DNA of 49,823 nucleotides from Candidatus Methylomirabilota bacterium (GTDB taxonomy: Bacteria; Methylomirabilota; Methylomirabilia; Rokubacteriales; CSP1-6): assembly GCA_046726415.1 (NCBI GenBank), contig JBKPAK010000227.1, positions 1-49,823 of the forward strand. The letters run 5' to 3'. The notes below the pieces were generated by a model, which saw only the letters and a list, made by a program, of their open reading frames with translations, was not told the DNA's origin and did no database searches. The translations under genes were made by a program, and so were the position numbers. Within the stretch, counting starts at the first letter, position 1. Each line of letters starts with the position of its first letter. Shown piece after piece: positions 8,740-17,960 of this stretch.

Positions 8740-10023
8740 GTGAGTTTTCACCGCTTCGTCTCCGTGCTAGTGCCTGGCGCTCTCCGCCCTCCCGACACCT
8801 GCGCGTTTGGCGCCCAGTGCCGACGTCGTCTCCGTGCCCTCGCGCTGGCGCTAGTCGTGACCCTGTGGCCGGGCGACGTACCGGCCCACGACCCCAGCGC
8901 GTGGGGTGGGCTCTTCCGCACCCGCGACGCCGGTGCCACCTGGCAGCACCTCACCCCCGCAAGCTTTGGCAGCGGCGCGATGGCGCTCGCCGTCAGTCCA
9001 CTGGATCCGAATCACCTCCTTCTGGCCGCGGATAGCGGCGTATCGCGCTCCCGAAATGGCGGGCGAGACTGGGAGGTCGAGGCCCCCGACCTCCTGATCG
9101 GCCCAGCGTTCGCCGCGGCATTCGATGTGGACGGGCAGCGCGCCCTCGTTTCGGGAGCGTCAGCGATCTTCCGCACGGACGGACAGGGCTGGCAGCGCGT
9201 CCAGACTCCAGCCGGCTCGGTGCCGGCGCGGGCCCTGGTATCAGGATCAGTGCGGGGCCGCGTCTACCTGGCCGGCATGACCGGACTCTACCGCAGTGAC
9301 GACTGGGGTCAGTCCTGGCTCGCTGTCGACGGCGAACTCCGGGCCGAGCACGCCGCTGCGCTCGTGGTGCCGCCCGATCGCACGGACCAGGTCTACGCGG
9401 TGGTTGGGGGAATCGTATGGACGAGCGCCGATGCCGCTCGTAGCTGGCAGCAGCGCAGTCACGGACTTCCCTGGGCCAAGGTCGAGATCGTGGGTCTTGA
9501 TCCATCGGACTCGAACCGCCTGTGGGCGGTAGGGGCCGGCCAGGCGTTCCGGACTGACGATCAGGGGCAGCGCTGGCGGCCTGTGGGCACGCCACTTCCG
9601 GAGCCATCGGTCGTTGCCCGGGCGGTCGCCGTGTCGGGCCACGCCATCCTGATCGCCACCGACCGCGGCGTGTATCGCAGTCCCAACGATGGGGAGCGGT
9701 GGGAGCTGCCGAGCGAAAACCTCCCCGCGCACTTGGAAGCCGGACTGCTGGTGGGCGATCCACTGAGTCCGGCCACTCTCTACGCTGGCTTCGCTTTGGT
9801 GCCGTACGAGGAGCTGGCCCGCCGCGCGTTCGAAGGTGGCCGCCCGCTCGGTCGACTGGACCTCACCAATGTCGTCGGCGGGGTGGCATTCCTTGCCCTG
9901 TTGCTCGTGAGTGCGGGTGCGGTGCTACGGCGTCTGGCCCGCACCTACTATCGCGCGCCGCTCGATCAGACGGTCTCGCCAACGGTCGACCGGACCGGTC
10001 GACCCGGCCGGAGGGCGCGATGA
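8740..10023 (+). CDS. BNR/Asp-box repeat beta-propeller protein, exported, with C-terminal TM anchor (start uncertain)
   Basis: Repeated S/T-x-D-x-G-x-x-W motifs (RTRDAGATW, RSDDWGQSW, RTDDQGQRW, RSPNDGERW) and C-terminal VVGGVAFLALLLVSAGAVL. Confidence 0.85.
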   Translation: MSFHRFVSVLVPGALRPPDTCAFGAQCRRRLRALALALVVTLWPGDVPAHDPSAWGGLFRTRDAGATWQHLTPASFGSGAMALAVSPLDPNHLLLAADSGVSRSRNGGRDWEVEAPDLLIGPAFAAAFDVDGQRALVSGASAIFRTDGQGWQRVQTPAGSVPARALVSGSVRGRVYLAGMTGLYRSDDWGQSWLAVDGELRAEHAAALVVPPDRTDQVYAVVGGIVWTSADAARSWQQRSHGLPWAKVEIVGLDPSDSNRLWAVGAGQAFRTDDQGQRWRPVGTPLPEPSVVARAVAVSGHAILIATDRGVYRSPNDGERWELPSENLPAHLEAGLLVGDPLSPATLYAGFALVPYEELARRAFEGGRPLGRLDLTNVVGGVAFLALLLVSAGAVLRRLARTYYRAPLDQTVSPTVDRTGRPGRRAR

Positions 10024-10083
10024 ACCCGGCGCTGGACCGCCAGAGCGCCCTGCGGCAATGATCCCCCAGATCTCTCTGCGGCG

Positions 10084-11118
10084 ATGAGCCGGGTCATGGA
10101 CCGCCAGACCTCTCCGCGCCGATGGCGGCGCCAGTCGCTGCTATTGGTGGTTGCCCTGGGGATCGCCATCGGTGTGGCCGCGATCGTCTGGCGTATCGGC
10201 CTGCCGTGGGCCTCGTGGGGTTTCCAGGAGTTCAGGCTGCCGAACCAGGGGGACATTCCAGTCAGCATCGCGGTAGGGCCCGACGGGACCGTCTGGTTCA
10301 CCTTGGAATCTTCCGACGCCATCGGCCTCTTCCGGAACGGACAGATCCAGAAGCTCTCGAAGGGCACGGAGAGTGTCGAGCCGCTCGGCCTGGCCGTCGA
10401 CGCCGGTGGCCAGGTCTGGTATACGGAAGCGCCCAGGCAAAGGATCTCCCGGGCTTCGCCCGACGGCAGTATCACGTCCTTCGGACTCGCCACCCCCGTG
10501 GTCAGACTCGGCCGGCTCGCGGTCGCGCCCGACGGCGACGTTTGGTTCGCCGAACCAAGTGTGGTGAGCCTGACGCGCTTGCGGGACGGACAGCTCACAC
10601 GGCATGTCGTCCAACTCACTCACCTCCACGGCGCCATGGATGCCGGTCCTTTCGGCGTGGCCGTCGCCGCTGACCGGACAGTCTGGGCCACGCTCCAGAA
10701 CGCGAACAAGCTGCTGCGCCTCGCTCCCGATGGACAGATGGCGACCTTCGACGTGCCCACCCGTCGGAGCGGTCTCGGCGACATCGCCGTCGATGGCGTC
10801 GGTGCCGTCTGGTTCCTGGAAATCGGTGCGAACAAGATCGGCCGCTTCGCCGGCGGACAGTTCGATGAGTTTACCGTCCCCACCCCGAGCGCCGGGCTCA
10901 CCGCCCTCGCCGTTGCGCCGGACGGAGCCGTCTGGTTCACGGAGCTGCGCGCGCACCGTCTCGGCCGTCTGCACGGTGGCACCATCACCGAGTTCGCCCT
11001 GCCGCGAGGCGACGCGCGTCCGTTCGGAATTGCCGTCGACGCTGGGAACAACGTCTGGTACACGGACCTCAGCGGCTGGCTGGGCCGGCTCGACGCGAGT
11101 CGAGCCCGAGTCCGCTAG
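10084..11118 (+). CDS. Virginiamycin B lyase (Vgb)-like beta-propeller with N-terminal TM anchor
   Basis: About 7 repeats of IAVGPDGTVWFT-type blades and an N-terminal TM segment LLLVVALGIAIGVAAIVW. Confidence 0.85.
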   Translation: MSRVMDRQTSPRRWRRQSLLLVVALGIAIGVAAIVWRIGLPWASWGFQEFRLPNQGDIPVSIAVGPDGTVWFTLESSDAIGLFRNGQIQKLSKGTESVEPLGLAVDAGGQVWYTEAPRQRISRASPDGSITSFGLATPVVRLGRLAVAPDGDVWFAEPSVVSLTRLRDGQLTRHVVQLTHLHGAMDAGPFGVAVAADRTVWATLQNANKLLRLAPDGQMATFDVPTRRSGLGDIAVDGVGAVWFLEIGANKIGRFAGGQFDEFTVPTPSAGLTALAVAPDGAVWFTELRAHRLGRLHGGTITEFALPRGDARPFGIAVDAGNNVWYTDLSGWLGRLDASRARVR

Positions 11119-11149
11119 AGCGCCGCCAAGGAGTTGGAGAGCCTCCCCG

Positions 11150-12043
11150 TCACGAGCTGAGGCCGGTCACGGTCCGCACGGCGTTCACCGTCAAGACGGC
11201 TCCGACCAGAACGATCAGCGCGGCAGTCGCCACCTGCAACCAGCTCATCCATCGGCTGTCGAGCCACGCCAGCACCAGACTCCCGACCCGTGCAGCGATG
11301 ATCCCCACGAGGACCAGCACGGACGCGAAACCCAAGCTGAAGAGCAGGACCGTGAACAGGCCGAGCATCACCTTGCCGCTGGCCAGCGCCGCCAACAGGA
11401 CCGCCAGCGCTCCGGGGTCCGGTAGGAGTCCGCCGGCGATGCCGAGCCCGAGCAGGATGGCGAGGCTCGGTCGGTTGGCGGAATCAAGGGGAAGGTCGTG
11501 GGTGTGGGTGGGTCCCAAGCCGTGTCGGTGGTAGCCGCCCCGGACCTCGGAGAGATGGTGATGCGGATCCCCCTGACGGGCGTGGCCATGTGCCGCAGGG
11601 TGCGCGTGTTCGCGTGCGTCGCCCTGATGGCTGGGCTCGCGCAGATCGCTCGGAGTCGCGAGTCCATGCGGATCGCGCCCGCCTTCACGATCATCCTGGT
11701 CATCGTGCCCGTGGGGTGCGGGGCGGTTCGGCATGGCTCTCCACTGCGCCCGCACCAGCCACAGGCCGATGCCAATCACGAGCAACCCCGTCACGACCGA
11801 CAGATAGGCCTCGATCCGGTGCGGGATGAACCAGGCGGAGCCCAAGGTGGCCAGGACCGCCACCAGCACGATGCCGCTCGTGTGTGAGAGCGTGACGAAG
11901 ATGCCAAGTACAAGCGCATCGACCGGCCGGCCGCGAGCTCCGACAATATAGGCGGCCGCGATGGTCTTGCCGTGCCCCGGCGTCGCAGCGTGCAGGGCAC
12001 CCAGCCAGAAGCTCGACGCGAGGTAGAAGAGTTCGCCCGTCAT
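11150..12043 (-). CDS. RcnA/HoxN/NicO-family nickel/cobalt transporter with His-rich loop
   Basis: GALHAATPGHGKT signature, SHT motif, His-rich central loop and GLLPDPGA motif. Confidence 0.9.
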   Translation of the reverse strand: MTGELFYLASSFWLGALHAATPGHGKTIAAAYIVGARGRPVDALVLGIFVTLSHTSGIVLVAVLATLGSAWFIPHRIEAYLSVVTGLLVIGIGLWLVRAQWRAMPNRPAPHGHDDQDDREGGRDPHGLATPSDLREPSHQGDAREHAHPAAHGHARQGDPHHHLSEVRGGYHRHGLGPTHTHDLPLDSANRPSLAILLGLGIAGGLLPDPGALAVLLAALASGKVMLGLFTVLLFSLGFASVLVLVGIIAARVGSLVLAWLDSRWMSWLQVATAALIVLVGAVLTVNAVRTVTGLSS

Positions 12044-12071
12044 GAGGGTGGGACGCGCGCGCCCCGGCTGG

Positions 12072-12614
12072 CTAATCGTCCAGGTTGTTCGATCCCTCGG
12101 CTGGCGGCGCCGACTCGATCGCCTGCGAGAGAGCTCCTCGAGGAATGCCCAACGTGTCCAGCCACGGTTGGCCACTGCCGATGATCGGCGCGTCCAAACG
12201 GGGGGCTTGGATCGGCGGCGACTGGCCCGACGTTGCCGCGACGTCGGGGGCGGCCACGTGCTGTGGAGGACTGTCGGCCCCACTGGCGTCGCTCGACATC
12301 GCCGTCGATGGAACGCCAAGGAGCAGTTGTACCACCTCATCGCCACGCCGAAGCACCACGCGGTCCTCTTGGATTTGCTCGATACGACTCTCACCGACGG
12401 CGTCCCCGAGGCTGTACGCAGTGACCATGCCTGTGCGGGGATCCTCGAGGTAAGCCCGCGCGTGCCCGCCCTCGACAAGCGCGATCCCGCGGAGGATCGG
12501 CTGCGAAGCGGGGGTCGGAGCCGCGTCCGCAGCGACCGCGCGCGCCCCGCTCGCCAGGAGCAGACTCAGCATGAGGACAGATAAAGAGACTTCGCGTAGA
12601 CACCAACCGACCAT
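12072..12614 (-). CDS. Exported protein with a type II secretion GspC-N (HR)/PilP-like domain
   Basis: Signal peptide followed by LRGIALVEGGHARAYL...YSLGDAVGESRIEQIQEDRVVLRRGDEVVQLLL. Confidence 0.65.
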   Translation of the reverse strand: MVGWCLREVSLSVLMLSLLLASGARAVAADAAPTPASQPILRGIALVEGGHARAYLEDPRTGMVTAYSLGDAVGESRIEQIQEDRVVLRRGDEVVQLLLGVPSTAMSSDASGADSPPQHVAAPDVAATSGQSPPIQAPRLDAPIIGSGQPWLDTLGIPRGALSQAIESAPPAEGSNNLDD

Positions 12615-12821
12615 CGTCGGCGTCCCTTCTCCTGGCCGTTGCCAAGGTGCCGCCCGCCGGCGCGGCGGGCGGCGGAAAGACGGTAGCCCTTCAGCGCGTC
12701 GAGGTCAAGAAGACACGGTGTCCTGTCGATGCCGCTCTCCTTCAGCACTGCTGCCGACCACCTCCGGGGGCGGTTGACCCGGGCTTCGATGCTTATCTCC
12801 GATGACCATCTTGAGGTGACC

Positions 12822-13039
12822 GTGCCACAGTTCAACGTGGCCGAGGCCAAGGCCCGATTGTCGCAGCTCATTCAGAAGGCCCTGGCCGTGGAGAACGTAC
12901 TCGTGGCGAAGGACAACAAGCCGCTGGTGAGGGCTCGTGGCCTCAAGCGCACGGCGCGGCGGAGGCAGCCCGGCTCAGCCCGGGGTCTAGTCTGGATGTC
13001 CAGGGACTTCGGCGCTCCACTCCAGGAGTTCGCGCGCCG
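12822..13039 (+). pseudogene. Phd/YefM-family antitoxin with its stop lost at a junction; no cognate toxin
   Basis: VPQFNVAEAKARLSQLIQKAL..VLVAKDNKPLV..RQPGSARG..MSRDFGAPLQEF, with GAGG RBS. Confidence 0.75.
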
Positions 13040-13180
13040 TCATTGGATCACTTCATCCGCCCGCGCCAGCAGCGACGGGGGGATGGTAGGCCGAGCGCCT
13101 TCGCGGTCACTGAGGTTGATCACCAGTTCGAGCCGCTCCGCACGCTCCACGGGAAGCTCGGAAGGCTTGGCTCCTTTGAG
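13040..13180 (-). pseudogene. C-terminal remnant of an ABC transporter substrate-binding protein
   Basis: LKGAKPSELPVERAERLELVINL...TIPPSLLARADEVIQ* is the typical C-terminus of this family. Confidence 0.8.
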
Positions 13181-13342
13181 ATTTGGCCGGCGCCGATCCC
13201 TGCCAGCTTGCGTCCCGTCAATGAGTCGAATGATCCGCACTCGAATCGATACGTTCCGCATACCTCGGACGTAATCGACGGCGGCTCATTGGCGCGGGAT
13301 CATCCGAGCAGGGGTCGATCCCCGAACGAAAGGAGCAGGAAC

Positions 13343-13738
13343 ATGAGCAAGGTTGCTGACGGCAAGGTCGCTAAAGCGGTCGATCGCTATCTGGCCGCCT
13401 GGAACGAGCGGAATCCGTCTCGCCGTCGGGCCCTGGTCGCTGACACGTGGACCGACGAGGGTTCTTATGTCGATCCGCATCGCCGCGGCGATGGTCACAG
13501 CGGAATTGATGCTATGATCCAGGCCGTCCAGGAGCGCTTTCCCACCTATCGCTTCCGCCTGTCGAGCGTGGTGGACGCCCACAACGACCGCGTCCGCTTC
13601 ACATGGGAAGCGGGCGGGACAGAGGATGCGCCAATGCACTTCGTGGGCACGGACTTCTGCGTCGTAGCCAAGGACGGTCGCTTCGAGTCCATAACCGGCT
13701 TCGTCGACGTGGGTCCGGGCGCGCCGTCGAAGCCGTAA
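13343..13738 (+). CDS. SnoaL-like / NTF2-family protein
   Basis: VDRYLAAWNE..YVDP..GHSGIDAMI..RFTW..GTDF..DGR..ITGF, with AGGAG RBS. Confidence 0.88.
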   Translation: MSKVADGKVAKAVDRYLAAWNERNPSRRRALVADTWTDEGSYVDPHRRGDGHSGIDAMIQAVQERFPTYRFRLSSVVDAHNDRVRFTWEAGGTEDAPMHFVGTDFCVVAKDGRFESITGFVDVGPGAPSKP

Positions 13739-13959
13739 CGGACATGGGCGCGCCGGCCCTCTGGATGGGCGGAACGACAAACGCTGACGGATCGTGAGCA
13801 CGACGCGCCGACGCCCGGGCCCCACGAAACCCCGGTCCGGGCGGCGGCGCTGAACTATGGCGATATCGTGATCCTCCACGGCTGCGGAGAACTCTTACGA
13901 CTAGCCCAGCGTTCGAGGTCGCGAACGGCACGCCGTGGTCGGTGCGATCCATCAGCGGG

Positions 13960-14095
13960 TCGGCCCAGAACCGCGAACAACTGGTGCGGTCCAGCTCCAG
14001 CCCGTGGTGCAAGCTTCTTGAGCCGGTTCTCGACGTTCCCGCGCTCGCGATAGATGGCGTGGACCGGCTTGGGCCTGTGCGGAAGGTTGGTCCAG
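13960..14095 (-). mobile_element. IS1380-family transposase remnant (frameshifted)
   Basis: TNLPHRPKPVHAIYRERGNVENRLKKL / HHGLELDRTSCSRFWA split across two frames. Confidence 0.75.
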
Positions 14096-14204
14096 GACGT
14101 CGCCGCATAGCGCGTAGGCCAGGCCGATGCCGTCGACGGGACCGCACCCCAGCATACAGAGTGCGGCCATCGAGCCTCCTCGTTGCAGTGGGTAGAAGAG
14201 GGCG

Positions 14205-14340
14205 CCTCGTCAAGTTCCTCACGAACCGCGGATGTGCCACCAGCCGGTACGCCTGCTCGACGAGCTCCGCGACGACGCGCCAGTCCGGCTTCGTGTCGAC
14301 GACGACGCCGACCCGGCCCGAACACGTGGTTCCTCCTCTC
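14205..14340 (-). pseudogene. MmcQ/YjbR-like protein C-terminal remnant
   Basis: GRVGVVVDTKPDWRVVAELVEQAYRLVA. Confidence 0.55.
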
Positions 14341-14826
14341 GCCGGATAGTCGAACGGGCCAGCCCAGATCGACATCCCCGAAGCCAGCACAGACGCGCGC
14401 AGGTCTTGTCGATGCTGGCGACGCCGAACGATTCTGTCGCACAGGAGTGCCAGCACGGCGAGGCGGGTTTACCTTCAGAAGACGGCGCTCAACACCCTCT
14501 TCAGGGGCGAGTCCGACGCGCTCATCGGCCCGGCGTTCTCTGAGTGTTGCCGCAAAACGAGCGCGCCCGACGCCTCTATGAGTGGCGGGTTGGCGTACGT
14601 TGGGGCAAATCGAAGGCAAGAAGTCCTCGGGGTCGGTGGAGGAGACACGCTACTCCTGCACCTTGAACGCTGGCCGGCCGAGCAGTAGACCGACAGCAAC
14701 GGCCCGAGAGCTGGTTCCACGATGGTTTCGGCGCATCCCGACACACGAGGACGCATGATGCGCGTCTCATGGGACGTGCTCAGTGTCGCGCGGGGACCCC
14801 GCTGCTGCAGAAACCGGTTGCCGACC

Positions 14827-14855
14827 GTAACGTTTGTCCGCCGCCGGCGGTTATA
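14827..14855 (+). promoter_or_regulatory. Putative ECF-type autoregulatory promoter (GTAAC-N16-CGGTTATA), probably leaderless
   Basis: AAC in the -35 and CG(G)TT in the -10 at ECF-like spacing, ending 4 nt before ATG 14860, with no SD sequence. Confidence 0.5.
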
Positions 14856-14859
14856 GGGC

Positions 14860-15426
14860 ATGAGGGCCATGCGGTCACGGGCACGGGCGGCGGAGACCCC
14901 TTTGGGCGGGGAAGACGAGCGGCTTCTGATCGAGGCCGCCCAGTCCGATCCGCGCCGCTTTGCCGAGCTGTACGAGCGCCACTTCGAGCGGGTCTACGCG
15001 TTCGTCGCCCGCCGCGCCCGGAGCCGCGCCGAGGCGGAGGATCTCACCGCGGAGGTCTTTCACCAAGCGCTGGCCCATCTCGGCCGCTTCGAGTGGCGGG
15101 GCGTCCCCTTCGTGGCCTGGCTGCTGCGGATCGCCAGGAATGCCGTCGCCGACCGCTGGCAACGCGTCGCGCGCGAGCACGGGACGCCGGCGCCGGAACG
15201 CGGAGATGAGGCGGAGCAGGCCGACGTGGACCGGCGGGTGATGCTCGCCGGGCTGGTCGGGCGGCTGCCCGGCGACCAGCAGCGCATCATCCTGGAACGC
15301 TTTGTCGAGCAGAAGAGCATTCGCGAGATCGCCTGCGAGTTGGGGCGCACCGAGGGCGCGGTGAAGCAGCTTCAGTTCCGCGCGCTGGAGAGCCTGCGGG
15401 CACGCCTGAGGGACGTTCATGAGTGA
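14860..15426 (+). CDS. ECF-family RNA polymerase sigma factor
   Basis: Region 2 FAELYERH..EAEDLTAEVF..WLLRIARN and region 4 SIREIACELGRTEGAVKQLQFRAL. Confidence 0.93.
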   Translation: MRAMRSRARAAETPLGGEDERLLIEAAQSDPRRFAELYERHFERVYAFVARRARSRAEAEDLTAEVFHQALAHLGRFEWRGVPFVAWLLRIARNAVADRWQRVAREHGTPAPERGDEAEQADVDRRVMLAGLVGRLPGDQQRIILERFVEQKSIREIACELGRTEGAVKQLQFRALESLRARLRDVHE

Positions 15427-16402
15427 GCACGCTCGGATCGATCGGCTGGCGGAGGCGGTGGAGGCGATGCTCGCCGATCCGCAGGCCCCCCGGGCACCCG
15501 CCGACCCCGAGCTGACCGAGCTGCTCAGCATCGCCCACGACCTGCGCGATCTGCCCCGCCCAGGGTTCAGAGCCCGGCTTGGGGCCGATCTTTCGAGGAG
15601 GGCCACCATGACCATGACCGCCGCCGGCCAGACCTCGCGGGCCGGCATCCAGACCGTGATTCCGTATCTCGCCGTCCAACCTGCCGTGGAGTTGATCGAC
15701 TTTGTGAGGCGGGCCTTCGGCGCCCAGGAGGTGCTGCGCACCACCGGCTCGGCAGGCGGCGTTCACGCCGAGCTCCGGATCGGCGACTCGACCCTGATGA
15801 TCGGGGGCGGCGGCGCGTGGAGCGGCGCGCCGACGCCCACCGGCCTGCATCTCTACGTCCCTGACGCCGACCGGGTCTACCGGACCGCGCTGGAGGCCGG
15901 GGCCGAATCGCTCCAGGCCCCGGTGGACCAGCCGTACGGCGACCGTGAGGCCAGCGTGAGGGATATCGCCGGCAACCACTGGTATATCGCGACCCATCAG
16001 ACGGGCGGCCACATCCCGGCGGGTCTCGGCACCGTGACCCCGTATCTGCATCCCCGCGGCGCCCCTGCGCTGATTGAGTTCATGAAGCATGCTTTCGCCG
16101 CCGAGGAGATGGCAATCCATCGCGGACTCGAGGGCGACATCCTCCACGCTAAAATCCGCGTGGGCGCCTCGGTCATCGAGATAGGGGAAGCCCATGGCGA
16201 GTGGGGCCCGATGCCCACGATGTTTTACCTCTACGTAGACGACGTGGACGCCTCGTACCGGCGGGCGCTCGCGGCGGGGGCGACGTCGCTGGAGGTGCCG
16301 GCGCTTCAGCCCTACGGCGAGCGCCGCGCCGCGGTGCGCGACGCCTCCGATAACCAGTGGTACCTGGCGGGCCGCGCCGCCGCCGCAGAACCGGACCGAT
16401 AG
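15419..16402 (+). CDS. Tandem VOC/glyoxalase (PhnB-like) protein with N-terminal anti-sigma-like helical extension
   Basis: Two TV.PYL..IDF..AFGA..HAELRIG..QPYGDR..D..GNHWYI repeats and an N-terminal extension of about 65 aa. Overlaps the sigma gene by 8 nt. Confidence 0.88.
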   Translation: MSEHARIDRLAEAVEAMLADPQAPRAPADPELTELLSIAHDLRDLPRPGFRARLGADLSRRATMTMTAAGQTSRAGIQTVIPYLAVQPAVELIDFVRRAFGAQEVLRTTGSAGGVHAELRIGDSTLMIGGGGAWSGAPTPTGLHLYVPDADRVYRTALEAGAESLQAPVDQPYGDREASVRDIAGNHWYIATHQTGGHIPAGLGTVTPYLHPRGAPALIEFMKHAFAAEEMAIHRGLEGDILHAKIRVGASVIEIGEAHGEWGPMPTMFYLYVDDVDASYRRALAAGATSLEVPALQPYGERRAAVRDASDNQWYLAGRAAAAEPDR

Positions 16403-16416
16403 GCCGGGATGAAGCG

Positions 16417-16929
16417 ATGCACCTGAGCCAGAATCGCGCGGTCATCAGGCGAGCCGAGGCAATCGACCTCTCGAGCGTCGAGACGGTCGCCCGGACGACA
16501 TGGCCCGTCGCTTACGCTGGCATCATTCCCGTTGAGGTCCAGCAGTGGTTGCTCAACAGCTGGTACTCACGGGAGAGCTTGAGCCGGGCGCTCGCCGCAC
16601 CGGGATCGACGTTCTTGGTGGCGGAGTGGAACGGAAACGTCGTCGGGTTCGCACAGTACATGCGACGATCGGTGGAGTCGGTGGAGCTGACGCGAATCTA
16701 CGTTCTGCCCCACGCGCAGCGTGGCGGCATCGGGACCGACTTGGTAAACGCCGGATTGGCGACATTCGCAGAAGAGGGCCTCACGCGCTTGACGGTGTCG
16801 GTCGAGGAAAAAAACATGATCGGCCGACGCTTCTACGAGAGGATGGGCTTCGCTGACCCCAGAGAGCTTACCCAGGAGCTACAGGGATATTCGCTCAAGC
16901 TCATCGAATACCGTCGTCCCATTTCGTGA
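16417..16929 (+). CDS. GNAT-family N-acetyltransferase
   Basis: IYVLPHAQRGGIGT motif A and N..GRRFYERMGF. Confidence 0.9.
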   Translation: MHLSQNRAVIRRAEAIDLSSVETVARTTWPVAYAGIIPVEVQQWLLNSWYSRESLSRALAAPGSTFLVAEWNGNVVGFAQYMRRSVESVELTRIYVLPHAQRGGIGTDLVNAGLATFAEEGLTRLTVSVEEKNMIGRRFYERMGFADPRELTQELQGYSLKLIEYRRPIS

Positions 16930-17219
16930 GCGCTCGGTACCAAACAGTCCGGGGACATAGGTCCCATCTTGGCCGGCATGTCCAGGACGCGCTGCGGCCG
17001 CTCGCCAGAAAGGCTCGCGATATAGCCAATAGCCTTGCCTGGCTAAGGCAGTGAGGCGCAATGCGCTCGAACGTGAACGATGAGACGGCGTTAACGATCG
17101 ATCGAGAAGTCCTCGCGCTGCTTGCTGCCAGGCACAGGTAGCACATGCATCGTCGAGACTTGATTACCATCTCCCATGGAGCGCGCGGTGTACACCGCCA
17201 CGACATCCGGACGGGTTCT

Positions 17220-17610
17220 TCGGAAGAGTATCGAGGAGGCCCAGCGCTTGCTCGAACCAGACCCGAGCGTCCGGGAGCGCTGATCGCGCGGCCGCCTTGA
17301 GCCCGGCCTGTCGGAGATAGTGCACGGCGTTCTCCCGCAGCTCGCCCCAGAGGGCGTGATGGGCGAGCCGCTCGATGTGCTCCCCGAGGCGATCCCGGTG
17401 GAGTGCCTCGATCGCGTCGACGATCCGAGCGTGCAGCTCGCGCCGGCGCGCCTGCAACAGTCCGCCGTACGTGACCTCGTGGGTGAGGGTGTGCTTGAAG
17501 GCGTACTCGAGATCTGGATACAGTCCGGTCTCGTCGAGGAACTCGGCCGACTGGAGTCGGTCCAGTCTGTGCCGGAGCCCCTCGTCCGGGAGATCAGCGA
17601 TTGCCTGGAG
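17220..17610 (-). pseudogene. Internal fragment of an adenylate-cyclase/AAA(STAND)/TPR protein
   Basis: EYAFKHTLTHEVTYGGLL..RRRELHARIV..LAHHA is homologous to part of 43245-47330. No proper start or end. Confidence 0.8.
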
Positions 17611-17639
17611 GGCACACGACCGTGAGCACCACGGTCGGG

Positions 17640-17960
17640 GAGGTTGCTGGACTGTGATCGCCGCCGACGTGAACCAGAGATCCCGTAATGTCCTCGGCCC
17701 AGTTGGCGTTCGGGCAGTCCGGCGCGCACGGAATCGGGTCTGGGGGCACATTCGTCGTGACCGCGAATCCTACGTTCCGATTCCTGATCTCGCGGGCAGG
17801 AATCGCTTGGCTCCCCGTAACGGTAATCGGGCTGGGTTCTGCCCGCAGCCTGATTCCCGCCCTGGTTCGTGCACAGTGACGTGACGTCGGCCTGCGCACT
17901 GAGGCCAATGACCACGTCGCCATTTCCCAGCCAGAAAGCGCCCCCGCGGCCGAACGTTGC
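17640..17960 (-). pseudogene. Frameshifted remnant of a small secreted Cys-containing hypothetical protein
   Basis: ADVTSLCTNQGGNQA / PITVTGSQAIP..NVGFAVTT..APDCPNANWAEDIT / LWFTSAAITVQQP lie in three frames. Confidence 0.55.

Noticed and set aside
12044-12478. N-terminal extension of the RcnA-like ORF
   Set aside because: Overlaps the 12072-12614 gene; family similarity starts at MTGELF (12043).
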